This document shows, in pieces, positions 37,743 through 46,472 of a DNA stretch of 64,000 bases; positions within the stretch are counted from its first letter, which is position 1, and every line of letters begins with the position of its first letter. The position numbers and the translations under genes were made by a program. The notes beneath the pieces were generated by a model. It was not told where the DNA came from and searched no databases. It saw nothing but the letters and a program-made list of their open reading frames with translations. Where the stretch lies: NCBI GenBank assembly GCA_019746105.1, contig JAIESK010000023.1, forward strand, positions 8,982 through 72,981, written 5' to 3'. This DNA is from Alphaproteobacteria bacterium. GTDB lineage: Bacteria > Pseudomonadota > Alphaproteobacteria > UBA9655.

Positions 37743-37936
37743 GTTAAGAAGCCAATTAGTTGTTATAACCCTCGTTCCAGAACGTGAAGGAAGAGGGGAA
37801 GTTAGAGGTTGCTCCGGCGGGGAGGAAAATTTCAATGTTATGACCTTAAAGAAGGAAATTATATTATACTAAATAATACATAAGAATTTGTTGTAAGGCA
37901 ATTTAAAAGATACACAAGTTTTTCATCAGGTCAGAA

Positions 37937-38668
37937 TCAAAGGTCAGGCTTGACGACTCTTCCTAAGGTCAGAGCATGAACATCTATGGCTCCTGCTTTT
38001 AAAAGGGTTTTAGTACAGGCCTCAAGGGTCGCACCGGTTGTTAAAACATCATCAATAAGAAGAATTGTTTTGCCTTTGAGAAGGATTTTTTTTGAGTCAT
38101 CTACGGAAAAAGCACGACCTACATTTTTATAGCGCTCAGTTTTGCTGAGATACCCTTGAGAGGGTGTGCGTTTTTTCCGTTTTAAAAGAGATGGAGCATA
38201 AGCCCATCCCTTAATCTGAGCAACCTCACGCGCCAAAAGAGCTGCTTGATTATAGGTTCGCCTAAAAAGCCGCGTCCAATGTAAGGGGACGGGAACGCAG
38301 AGAGGATTCTTTATATCATCAAGGATATGGGCCATCCATTTTCCATAGAGAGGTGCTGCAGAAAGATAATCTGCATGTTTAAATTTTAAAATAAGGTCAC
38401 GGCTTTCTTCCGTGTAGGAGAAAACTGAGCGCGCCTTTACATAAGAAGGCAAATTTCGACTGCAAACCCCGCACAAAGCTTCTTCTTCAATTTCAAAATC
38501 AAAGGGACGTCCACAACAAAAGCAATAAGGTTTTACAATAAAGGGAATACGTGGCCAGCAGGTGACGCACAACCCTTCCTCTTTTTCAATAATAAGGCCG
38601 CATTTCACACATCTTAAAGGGATGAGCAAATCAATAAATCTTCTAAAGAATGAATGGTTTTTCTGCAT
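37937..38668 (-). CDS. comF: ComF-family (phosphoribosyltransferase-like) protein
   Basis: N-terminal double CxxC zinc motifs. C-terminal PRPP loop ILLIDDVLTTGATL. ATG at 38666-38668 (MQKNHSFF) overlaps the folD end by 26 nt. Confidence 0.8.
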   Translation of the reverse strand: MQKNHSFFRRFIDLLIPLRCVKCGLIIEKEEGLCVTCWPRIPFIVKPYCFCCGRPFDFEIEEEALCGVCSRNLPSYVKARSVFSYTEESRDLILKFKHADYLSAAPLYGKWMAHILDDIKNPLCVPVPLHWTRLFRRTYNQAALLAREVAQIKGWAYAPSLLKRKKRTPSQGYLSKTERYKNVGRAFSVDDSKKILLKGKTILLIDDVLTTGATLEACTKTLLKAGAIDVHALTLGRVVKPDL

Positions 38669-39515
38669 GGCGATAGGCGGCTTCAAGGGTATTACGCAAT
38701 AAATAAGCAACTGTCATCGGTCCAACACCCCCAGGAACAGGTGTAATTGCCCCTGCCCTCTCTTTTGCAGAAATGAAGTCTACATCTCCCACAAACTGAC
38801 CAGTAGGAAGCCTATTAATTCCCACATCTATGACGGTAGCACCTTTTTGAATCCAGTCTCCTTGGATAAATCGAGGATTTCCAATAGCCACAATAAGGAT
38901 GTCCGCCATTTCACAAATGGCAGGCAAGTTTTGCGTTTTTGAGTGGGCCATCAAAACAGTACAGTCATGCTGTAGCATGAGAAGGGCCATAGGACGTCCC
39001 ACAAGAAGAGAGCATCCAATAACCGCTACATTTAAGCCCTCAAGTCGATCATGAACGGTTCGGATTAAGGCGAGACAGCCCAAAGGGGTACAAGCCACAA
39101 ATCCTCCAGGAAGTCCTTGAAAAAGTTTTCCTGCATTTAAAGGATGAAGTCCATCCACATCCTTTGCAGGATCAATAAGAGAAAGAAAATAAAATTTATC
39201 CAACGGAGAAGGTAAGGGAAGCTGTAGGATAATGCCATGAATATGAGGAGACTGATTTAATTCCTTAATTTTATTTTCAAGAATATCAGCGGAAACCCAA
39301 GCTGGAAAAACATGTTCTTCAAAATGATATCCCAAATCGCGCGCTTGAGATCCTTTCAATTGCACATAAAGCTGACTGGCAGGATTATCTCCCACCCTTA
39401 AAGCTGCTAAACCAGGTTTAATTCCCGTGCTTTTTTCAAGGTCTTGCGCGCTGACATAAAGTTTTGTTTTAAATTCTTCCGCGAGCTTGCGGCCATCAAT
39501 AATATTAGACACCAC
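38643..39515 (-). CDS. folD: bifunctional methylenetetrahydrofolate dehydrogenase/cyclohydrolase
   Basis: 290 aa. Blocks IIDGRKLA, GIILQLPLP and PVPGGVGPMT. Confidence 0.9.
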   Translation of the reverse strand: MVSNIIDGRKLAEEFKTKLYVSAQDLEKSTGIKPGLAALRVGDNPASQLYVQLKGSQARDLGYHFEEHVFPAWVSADILENKIKELNQSPHIHGIILQLPLPSPLDKFYFLSLIDPAKDVDGLHPLNAGKLFQGLPGGFVACTPLGCLALIRTVHDRLEGLNVAVIGCSLLVGRPMALLMLQHDCTVLMAHSKTQNLPAICEMADILIVAIGNPRFIQGDWIQKGATVIDVGINRLPTGQFVGDVDFISAKERAGAITPVPGGVGPMTVAYLLRNTLEAAYRHAEKPFIL

Positions 39516-39819
39516 CCACCATAATAATTTTCAATTTAAGTCGCTCAATGACTTCCTGAATAAACCATAGGAAAATTATCAAAATAACAGGAGAAAAATC
39601 AATACCGCCAAAAAATGGCAAAATACGTCGAATTTTTGATAAAACAGGCTCTGTAATTTGATATAAAAACTGTAAAAACATAATTATAAAATTATTATTG
39701 GCATTAATGATGTTAAAACTGACAAGCCAACTCATAATCACATGGGCAATGACAATCCAAACATAGATTCCAATGATATAATTTATGATGGAAAGCAACG
39801 GGATAAAAATGATGTCCAT
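39505..39819 (-). CDS. YggT-family membrane protein
   Basis: About 104 aa with a typical YggT hydrophobic pattern. ATG at 39817-39819 lies 8 nt after GAAGGAG. Confidence 0.7.
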   Translation of the reverse strand: MDIIFIPLLSIINYIIGIYVWIVIAHVIMSWLVSFNIINANNNFIIMFLQFLYQITEPVLSKIRRILPFFGGIDFSPVILIIFLWFIQEVIERLKLKIIMVGGV

Positions 39820-39895
39820 GAAGTGCACTCCTTCTCTTTTTTTCTTTTATTATACTGTCCTTAAGGAATTGACGCTATGGTTTATTTCGTTGTCT

Positions 39896-40600
39896 TTAAA
39901 GACAAAGTTTCAAATAAGAAAGCCCCACAAGTGCCGCTGTCTCTGCACGCAAAATACAGGAGTTCAGAGTAACACCTTGTCCCGCTGAAAGCGCCCTTAG
40001 GAGGGATAATTCTTGCTGACTAAAACCGCCCTCTGGCCCTACTAGGAAAGCATATCCTTTACTTTTATCAAGAGGAATCTCATTTAAAGAAGGAGCTGTG
40101 AGGGTTTCATCGCCAAAAAGAAGATGCCTCTCTTCGGGCCATTCCTTCAAAAGTTTTCGAAGGGGTGTCAGAGATTTTACTTCCGGCAGAGTCAACCGGC
40201 CACATTGCTCGGCGGCTTCTCGGCTATGAAGGGACATTTTTTCAAGGTTAACTCTCGAGATTGACGTGCGCTCACACTGCACCGGCCAAAGACAAGTAGC
40301 CCCTAATTCCGTTGCCTTTTCTACTAAGAATTCTTGTCGTTTCGGCTTCAAGGGTGAGAAGAGCATCCATAAATCCAGCTCAGAAGATTGAACAGCTGTT
40401 TGTGATAAAGTCCTAAGATGTGTTTGTTTTTTCTCAAACTCTTTTATTTCAGCGAGCCATTCTCCTTCTTTTCCATTAAAAAGAAGTACTCTATCTCCAA
40501 CTCGGAGTCGCATCACTTTTTGAAGATAGTGATTTTGCGCCTCTTCCAAGACAACTTCTTTAGTGCTGTTTAAGGGAAAATTGACATAAAGTCGTATCAT
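39896..40600 (-). CDS. rsmE: 16S rRNA (uracil1498-N3)-methyltransferase
   Basis: 234 aa. MIRLYV start, PUA-like N-terminal domain, and SPOUT C-terminus LVGPEGGFSQQE ... ILRAETA. Confidence 0.85.
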   Translation of the reverse strand: MIRLYVNFPLNSTKEVVLEEAQNHYLQKVMRLRVGDRVLLFNGKEGEWLAEIKEFEKKQTHLRTLSQTAVQSSELDLWMLFSPLKPKRQEFLVEKATELGATCLWPVQCERTSISRVNLEKMSLHSREAAEQCGRLTLPEVKSLTPLRKLLKEWPEERHLLFGDETLTAPSLNEIPLDKSKGYAFLVGPEGGFSQQELSLLRALSAGQGVTLNSCILRAETAALVGLSYLKLCL

Positions 40601-40865
40601 CCCTCCCCCTTTTCTATTTTTTTATGATAAAACAACTATAGAAGATTACTTCTTCACTGAAAACCTCTAAGGATATGAGAATGAATATAAATCTTTATCT
40701 CACTCTGGTAAAAATTTCTCGTTCCATCCCATTTTCTTTTTCATATTTTCTACATGGTAGGAACTTGGCATGGAGGAGAATATTATTATTGAGATCATTT
40801 TTTTCTTGGTATTGTATTTTCTCATATAATCGACTAAAAAACGCTAAATTGATTGAGTTATTTAA

Positions 40866-42647
40866 ATGAATTTTACAAATCTTTTTTCTGACAAAGCTAG
40901 CATTTCTCTTGTAAGCCGCTTATGGAGGGAGCATATCAAACCCTACCATTGGTATATCTGGGGTGGACTTTTATGCATGGCTATTGCTGCACTAACAACA
41001 GCAAGCCTTGCCAAAATGCTCCAACCTCTTTTTGATGATGTTTTTGTTGCCAAAAATGAGGGGATGCTCTTTCAGGTTGCTTTACTTGTCTTAGGAATAT
41101 TTATCTTAAAAGGACTTTCTAGCTTTGGAGAATCGGTCAGCTTAATTTATGTAGGGCAAAAGATTATTGGTGATATCCAAAAACGACTTTTTGACCATTT
41201 TATTGATGCTGACTTAGCTTATTTTCATGCACGCTCAAGTGGAGGACTTGTTTCACGGGTCATTAATGATGTTAATTTAATGCGCAATGCAGTAACGACT
41301 GCTTTAACAGGAATTGGGAAGGATACGCTTTCCCTTCTCTTTCTAATTGTATTGATGTTTTATCAAGATTGGCTTTTAGCATCTTTGGCTTTCTTTGTTT
41401 TTCCTGTTGCTCTTCTTCCTATTGTGAAGATTGGTAAAAAAATGCGTAAAGTTTCCTCCAATACACAAGAAGAGATGGGTATCTTTACAATCCTTCTTCA
41501 TCAAGTGTTTCAAGGGATGCGGATCGTTAAATCCTACGCCATGGAGACTTATGAAAAAAAACGTGCCCATCATCTTATTAATGCCTTAAGTCGCCTCAAT
41601 ATAAAAGGAGGGCGCGTCAGAGCCGCTTCCCATCCCATTATGGAAACTTTGGGCGGTATTGCTATTGTTATCGTTATTCTTTACGGAGGATCACAAGTTA
41701 TTGCAGGCAACCGGACTACCGGAACTTTTATCTCTTTCATTACCGCACTTTTGTTAGCTTACGAGCCTTTAAAGCGTCTTGCCAACTTAAATGCCAATTT
41801 ACAAGAAGGACTGGCTGCAGCCGTACGTGTTTTCAATGCTATTGATTTAAAGCCAAGCATTGTTGACCTTCCAGGAGCTTTTCCTCTTCACATACATAAA
41901 GGAAAAATTTCCCTTAAGTCCGTTGATTTTTCATACTCTCGTGGAAAAAAAGCTCTTAGTACAGTTTCCTTAGAAGTTCCCGCAGGAAAGCGTATTGCTC
42001 TTGTTGGGCCTAGTGGCTCCGGGAAATCAACCCTTTTAAACCTTATTTCTCGCTTTTATGAAGTCACCTGTGGAACCATTTCAATCGATGATGTGGATAT
42101 TCAAAAAGTTACATTAGAGTCTCTTCGCTCACAAATCTCTCTTGTAAGCCAAGAAGTCATTTTATTTGATGATACGATAAGAGCCAATATTGCCTATGGC
42201 CGTTGGGATGCCTCCGAAGATGATATTATAAAAGCTGCAAAGGCAGCAGCAGCTCACGAGTTTATCCTGCAACTTCCTGAAGGATATGATACTTTTGTTG
42301 GGGAGCAAGGCATACGTCTTTCAGGAGGACAACGACAACGCCTTTCCATTGCTCGTGCTATGTTAAAAAATGCGCCTATCCTTCTTTTGGACGAAGCCAC
42401 CTCTTCCCTTGATACTGAATCAGAACGTCAAGTTCAAACTGCCTTAAATCGTCTTATGGAGGGCCGGACAACTGTCGTTGTTGCTCATCGCCTTTCAACG
42501 GTTATGGATGCAGATAAAATTTATGTTATTGAGCAGGGAAGTGTAACTGAGGAAGGAACCCATCAAGAACTTCTTAAAAATAAGAAAACTTACGCGCGAC
42601 TCGTCGATCTTCAGTTTTCATCCGATGCTATTCCATTGGCTTCTTAA
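40866..42647 (+). CDS. msbA: lipid A export ATP-binding/permease protein
   Basis: 593 aa TMD-NBD. Motifs GPSGSGKST, LSGGQRQRLSIARA and LLLDEATSSLD. Heads a Kdo/lipid A gene string. Confidence 0.8.
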   Translation: MNFTNLFSDKASISLVSRLWREHIKPYHWYIWGGLLCMAIAALTTASLAKMLQPLFDDVFVAKNEGMLFQVALLVLGIFILKGLSSFGESVSLIYVGQKIIGDIQKRLFDHFIDADLAYFHARSSGGLVSRVINDVNLMRNAVTTALTGIGKDTLSLLFLIVLMFYQDWLLASLAFFVFPVALLPIVKIGKKMRKVSSNTQEEMGIFTILLHQVFQGMRIVKSYAMETYEKKRAHHLINALSRLNIKGGRVRAASHPIMETLGGIAIVIVILYGGSQVIAGNRTTGTFISFITALLLAYEPLKRLANLNANLQEGLAAAVRVFNAIDLKPSIVDLPGAFPLHIHKGKISLKSVDFSYSRGKKALSTVSLEVPAGKRIALVGPSGSGKSTLLNLISRFYEVTCGTISIDDVDIQKVTLESLRSQISLVSQEVILFDDTIRANIAYGRWDASEDDIIKAAKAAAAHEFILQLPEGYDTFVGEQGIRLSGGQRQRLSIARAMLKNAPILLLDEATSSLDTESERQVQTALNRLMEGRTTVVVAHRLSTVMDADKIYVIEQGSVTEEGTHQELLKNKKTYARLVDLQFSSDAIPLAS

Positions 42648-42653
42648 AGGAGA

Positions 42654-43352
42654 ATGAGGATGAAGCTCTTTAAAAAAATCCGAGGATCCTCCTTTATTCG
42701 ACGAACTGCCGGATTCCTCATCGCCCAATATGTGAGACTTATTTGGCTCACAAACAAATGGGAATTACAAGAAAAAGGGCATCCCTCTCCTTCTTGGAGT
42801 GAAGGAAAACCACTTATTGCCTGTTTCTGGCATGGTCGTCTTTTGATGTTGTTTAAAGGATGGTATGGATCTCATAAGTTACATATGCTCATTTCAAGTC
42901 ATCCTGATGGGGAGATTATTGCTAGGACAACTCAAAACTTTGGGTTTGGGTGGATTGCCGGCTCCTCAACCCGTGGGGGAAGACAAGCTCTTTTTAACAT
43001 CATAAAAGTTTTGAAAAAAGGCGAATCGGTTGGAATCACTCCTGATGGACCACGTGGCCCACGATATCAAGCAAGCCTTGGCGTAATTCAAATCGCAAGG
43101 CTAGGAAAAGCCGCTATTATGCCTCTGACCTATTCCTCAACTCGTGGATTTTTTATGAAAAGCTGGGATCGCTTTTTTATTCCCCTTCCATTTGGAAAAG
43201 GTATTATCCGTTACGGCCCACTTATTGAAGTTAATGATCCCACCAAGAGTGATGAAGAGATTCGCGCAGAGTTAGAGAAATCTTTACGCAAAATTACCTA
43301 TGAAGCTGATCTTGAATGTGGACATGGGGAGAAGGGAATGGAGATAGCATGA
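42654..43352 (+). CDS. DUF374-type lysophospholipid-acyltransferase-like protein
   Basis: 232 aa with blocks CFWHGRLL and ITPDGPRGP. Conserved position upstream of waaA in alphaproteobacteria. Confidence 0.65.
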   Translation: MRMKLFKKIRGSSFIRRTAGFLIAQYVRLIWLTNKWELQEKGHPSPSWSEGKPLIACFWHGRLLMLFKGWYGSHKLHMLISSHPDGEIIARTTQNFGFGWIAGSSTRGGRQALFNIIKVLKKGESVGITPDGPRGPRYQASLGVIQIARLGKAAIMPLTYSSTRGFFMKSWDRFFIPLPFGKGIIRYGPLIEVNDPTKSDEEIRAELEKSLRKITYEADLECGHGEKGMEIA

Positions 43353-44623
43353 GTTTACTAAAAAGTGGTTACTCTAGTATTTCCTGGCTAGGAGCACCTT
43401 TTGTTTCAGCCTATCTCTACTGGAGAGCGTTGAAAGGACGTGAAGAAAAAGCGCGCCTTTCTGAACGAAAAGGAAAAGCAAGCCTCCCCAGACCACAACG
43501 GTCTCTTTTATGGGTTAATGCAGTCAGCGTTGGAGAAGCAGTTGCGGCTCTTACTATTATTCAATCAATTATTAAGAAATATCCCGAAGTTCATGTTTTA
43601 CTAACAACGACAACTCCTTCTTCAGCAACGGTCATCCAAAAAAGACTCCCTAAAAATGTCTTCCATCAATTTTGCCCTATTGATACCCCTCAAGCTGTAG
43701 GTCGATTTTTAGAGCATTGGCAACCTGATCTTGCTATTTGGATTGAATCAGAACTTTGGCCAAACCTCATGCATGAAACCCAAGAAAGAGGCATCCCCAC
43801 CATACTTCTCAACGGACGCATGTCAGAAAAAAGTTTTTCAAACTGGAAATTTCTCAAGGGTCTGATTTCTCCTCTCCTTTCTCGTCTTGTTTGTTGTGGC
43901 GTTCAATCAGAAAAGCAAGCTTCTCTTTTTAAAATCCTGGGAGCAAAGAATGTTTTTGATATGGGAAATGTTAAGTTAATGATGTCTCCCTTAGAGATCG
44001 ATTCTAAAAAATATATGGCCCTTAAAAAGGAGATTGGAACACGACCTATTTGGCTTGCAGCAAGCACACATCCTGGGGAAGAAGAGATTATCTTGGAGAC
44101 CCATAAGATTCTTCAAAAAACGACCCCTGATCTTTTAACAATTTTAGTACCGCGCCATATTGAACGCGCTACCTTTTTAAAAGATTTAGCTGGAAAAGAA
44201 GGCCTATCTTCCGTTTTAAGGTCTGAAGAAATTCCTTTTTCAGACGCTCACATCTATATTGTAGATACTCTTGGAGAATTGGGACTTTTTTATGCTCTCT
44301 CTCCAATTGTCCTCATGGGTGCTACATTGACTCCAAAAGGAGGACATAACCCCATTGAAGCGGCCCAATTAAATACTTTTGTTGTTCATGGTCCTCATAC
44401 CTTTAACAATCCTCAGCTCTATGAAGCTCTTAGTACTTTAAATTTTTCCCATCTTATTGATGGAAATCCTGACCTTGCGGCTTACATTGATCCTTGGTTA
44501 CAAAAGAAAAAAGATAACTATAATGAACCCCTCATTCTAAAAACCTACAGAGAAGATGGCTTGAAAAACTTAATGATGCTGCTCTCACCCCACCTTAAAG
44601 CCTTAAAACGAGATCAAATATGA
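43349..44623 (+). CDS. waaA: 3-deoxy-D-manno-octulosonic acid (Kdo) transferase
   Basis: ATG at 43349 overlaps the upstream stop (ATGA). Blocks WVNAVSVGE and GGHNPIEAA. Confidence 0.85.
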   Translation: MSLLKSGYSSISWLGAPFVSAYLYWRALKGREEKARLSERKGKASLPRPQRSLLWVNAVSVGEAVAALTIIQSIIKKYPEVHVLLTTTTPSSATVIQKRLPKNVFHQFCPIDTPQAVGRFLEHWQPDLAIWIESELWPNLMHETQERGIPTILLNGRMSEKSFSNWKFLKGLISPLLSRLVCCGVQSEKQASLFKILGAKNVFDMGNVKLMMSPLEIDSKKYMALKKEIGTRPIWLAASTHPGEEEIILETHKILQKTTPDLLTILVPRHIERATFLKDLAGKEGLSSVLRSEEIPFSDAHIYIVDTLGELGLFYALSPIVLMGATLTPKGGHNPIEAAQLNTFVVHGPHTFNNPQLYEALSTLNFSHLIDGNPDLAAYIDPWLQKKKDNYNEPLILKTYREDGLKNLMMLLSPHLKALKRDQI

Positions 44624-45585
44624 AAGCACCTCAGTTTTGGTACAAAACCCCGGGGATCCTTTCAACCTTTCTCGCTCCTTTAGGGTGGATATATAGTAAC
44701 GTTGCGAGCCATATTCGTTTACTTAAAAAAAACCAGAAATTTCCAATTCCCATTATCAGCGTAGGAAATATAGTGTGCGGAGGAGCTGGAAAAACACCTG
44801 TCGCTATTTCCTTAGCTAAACTTCTCCAAAGCAAAGGGTTCACTGTTCACTTTGTCACTCGCGGATACAAAGGAAGTAAAATTGGTCCTCTCCAAGTTAA
44901 TCCTACTAAGCAAATTCCCCAAGAAGTCGGGGATGAAGCTCTTCTTCTCGCTCAACAGGCTCCAACGTGGGTTGCAAAAAAAAGAGGAAACGGAATTGAA
45001 AAAGCTATAGAAAACGGAGCTGAGCTTGTTATTTTAGACGATGGGCATCAAACAAGCGGTTTTGTGAAGGATCTTTCTTTAGTTGTCGTTGACTCCATGC
45101 AAGGCTTTGGAAATGGATACCCTTTACCGGCTGGACCTTTACGAGAGGATCTCAAAGAAGGTTTGAGAAGGGCGGATGGTTTTATATATATCGGAAAAAA
45201 AACACCCCTCCCTCTTGAGCCCTGCTTTAAAGCAACCCTTGAGTTAAAACCTTTAACTCTATCAAAAAAGCGTGTCGTTGCTTTTTGTGGAATTGGCTTT
45301 CCTCAAAAATTTTACAGGTCCGTAAAGGACATGAACTTTAATCTTGTCGCCATGGAAAGTTTTCCCGATCATTATGTTTATGAAGAAGCAGATCTTCTTC
45401 GTCTTGAAAAACTCGCTCAAAGCCATGATGCTGTTCTTATTACAACCCGTAAGGATTGGATAAAAATTGCTCCCTATTGGCAAGAACGACTCCATGTTCT
45501 AGATATGAGTATTCAATTTCAAGATGAGGAAGGGCTCTATCACTTTATCCTCGGAAAAATTCCCACTTTAATGGAGAGATCATGA
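44620..45585 (+). CDS. lpxK: tetraacyldisaccharide 4'-kinase
   Basis: 321 aa. P-loop GNIVCGGAGKTP, and GDEALLLA block. Confidence 0.85.
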   Translation: MKAPQFWYKTPGILSTFLAPLGWIYSNVASHIRLLKKNQKFPIPIISVGNIVCGGAGKTPVAISLAKLLQSKGFTVHFVTRGYKGSKIGPLQVNPTKQIPQEVGDEALLLAQQAPTWVAKKRGNGIEKAIENGAELVILDDGHQTSGFVKDLSLVVVDSMQGFGNGYPLPAGPLREDLKEGLRRADGFIYIGKKTPLPLEPCFKATLELKPLTLSKKRVVAFCGIGFPQKFYRSVKDMNFNLVAMESFPDHYVYEEADLLRLEKLAQSHDAVLITTRKDWIKIAPYWQERLHVLDMSIQFQDEEGLYHFILGKIPTLMERS

Positions 45586-46472
45586 AGTTTAGTCTTTTAA
45601 AGAGAATCCGCCATCTTTTTGAAGGGGCTTTTGTGGGAAGTGCTTTTATTTTCTTTCATCACCTCCTTCCTACAAAACAATCTCTTGCCTTAGGAGGATG
45701 GATTGGACGGAATTTTGGCCCTTTATTACCGTGGAGTAAAAGAGCCCGGAGAAATCTTAGAAAATGCTTTCCGGATATGACTTCAATTGAAATCAAAAAA
45801 ATCATTAAGGAGATGTGGGAAAATTTTGGTCTTTTGGCAGCCGAATATGCCAGCCCAGATGCTTTTTGGGATGGTAAGACATTACGTAACATTGAAATCG
45901 TTGGCCTTGAGAATCTAAAGCACTTCCAGAATGATGGAAAACCAGGGATTATTTTCACAGCCCATACAGGAAACTGGCAAATGATTACGCTTGCAGCGCA
46001 ATCCATTGGATTTGACCTCACGCAAATGTATCGCCCAGCGAATAACCCATGGGTGGATACTCTTATGTTAAAATGTCAAAAACTTGCTGTTAAAAACGTC
46101 ATCACAAAAAGACAAGGAGGCCCCAGAGATCTTTTTTCCCTCATCAAACGAGGAGAGCACGCCCTTCTACTCATTGACCAAAAATTAGGGGAGGGAATGG
46201 CCATTCCTTTCTTAGGACGAGAAGCTATGACAGCTACAGGTGTTGCACGAATGTATCTCAATCAGAATTGCCCTCTTTTACCAGCACGTTCCGAACGACT
46301 TCATGGCTCTCATTTTCGGGTTACTTTTTATCCTCCTATAAATTACGTCCCTAAAGGAGATCATCGTCAGGATATGTATGATTTACTTCTCTCAATTAAC
46401 ACAATGCTGGGAGAGTGGATTAAAGAACGTCCCGGACAATGGCTTTGGCTTCACCGCCGTTGGAAAAATTAA
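45582..46472 (+). CDS. lpxL: lipid A biosynthesis lauroyl/myristoyl acyltransferase
   Basis: 296 aa. N-terminal TM segment, HTGNWQ (HX4-acidic-type) motif, and C-terminal WLWLHRRWK. Confidence 0.8.
   Translation: MKFSLLKRIRHLFEGAFVGSAFIFFHHLLPTKQSLALGGWIGRNFGPLLPWSKRARRNLRKCFPDMTSIEIKKIIKEMWENFGLLAAEYASPDAFWDGKTLRNIEIVGLENLKHFQNDGKPGIIFTAHTGNWQMITLAAQSIGFDLTQMYRPANNPWVDTLMLKCQKLAVKNVITKRQGGPRDLFSLIKRGEHALLLIDQKLGEGMAIPFLGREAMTATGVARMYLNQNCPLLPARSERLHGSHFRVTFYPPINYVPKGDHRQDMYDLLLSINTMLGEWIKERPGQWLWLHRRWKN

Noticed and set aside
37756-37845. A minus-strand open frame GHNIEIFLPAGATSNFPSSFTFWNEGYNN* just upstream of the peptidase ATG, considered as a precursor (..AGAT-S.. / SSFTFWNE ring).
   Set aside because: The 29 codons contain no ATG, GTG or TTG start; only ATT is available. 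The leader would be 12 aa or shorter. No arrangement places Thr at -2 with a Gly/Ala/Ser/Cys at position 1 and Asp/Glu at positions 7-9.
37809-37883. A plus-strand 24-codon ORF (TTG start) encoding MLRRGGKFQCYDLKEGNYIILNNT. Its GGKFQCYD...(20 aa) segment looks like a lasso core with a Gly1-Asp8 ring and bulky tail residues.
   Set aside because: An in-frame TAG at 37803-37805 limits the leader to 4 residues, and there is no Thr at -2. The ORF is antisense to the operon and has no Shine-Dalgarno. A Gly followed by an acidic residue 7 positions later is easily produced by chance.
40675-40869. A 64-aa plus-strand ORF in the rsmE<>msbA intergenic region, and any ncRNA there.
   Set aside because: The peptide has an odd composition, no RBS, and runs into the msbA start. 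The 265-nt gap is AT-rich without obvious conserved structure. It is most simply read as divergent promoter DNA.
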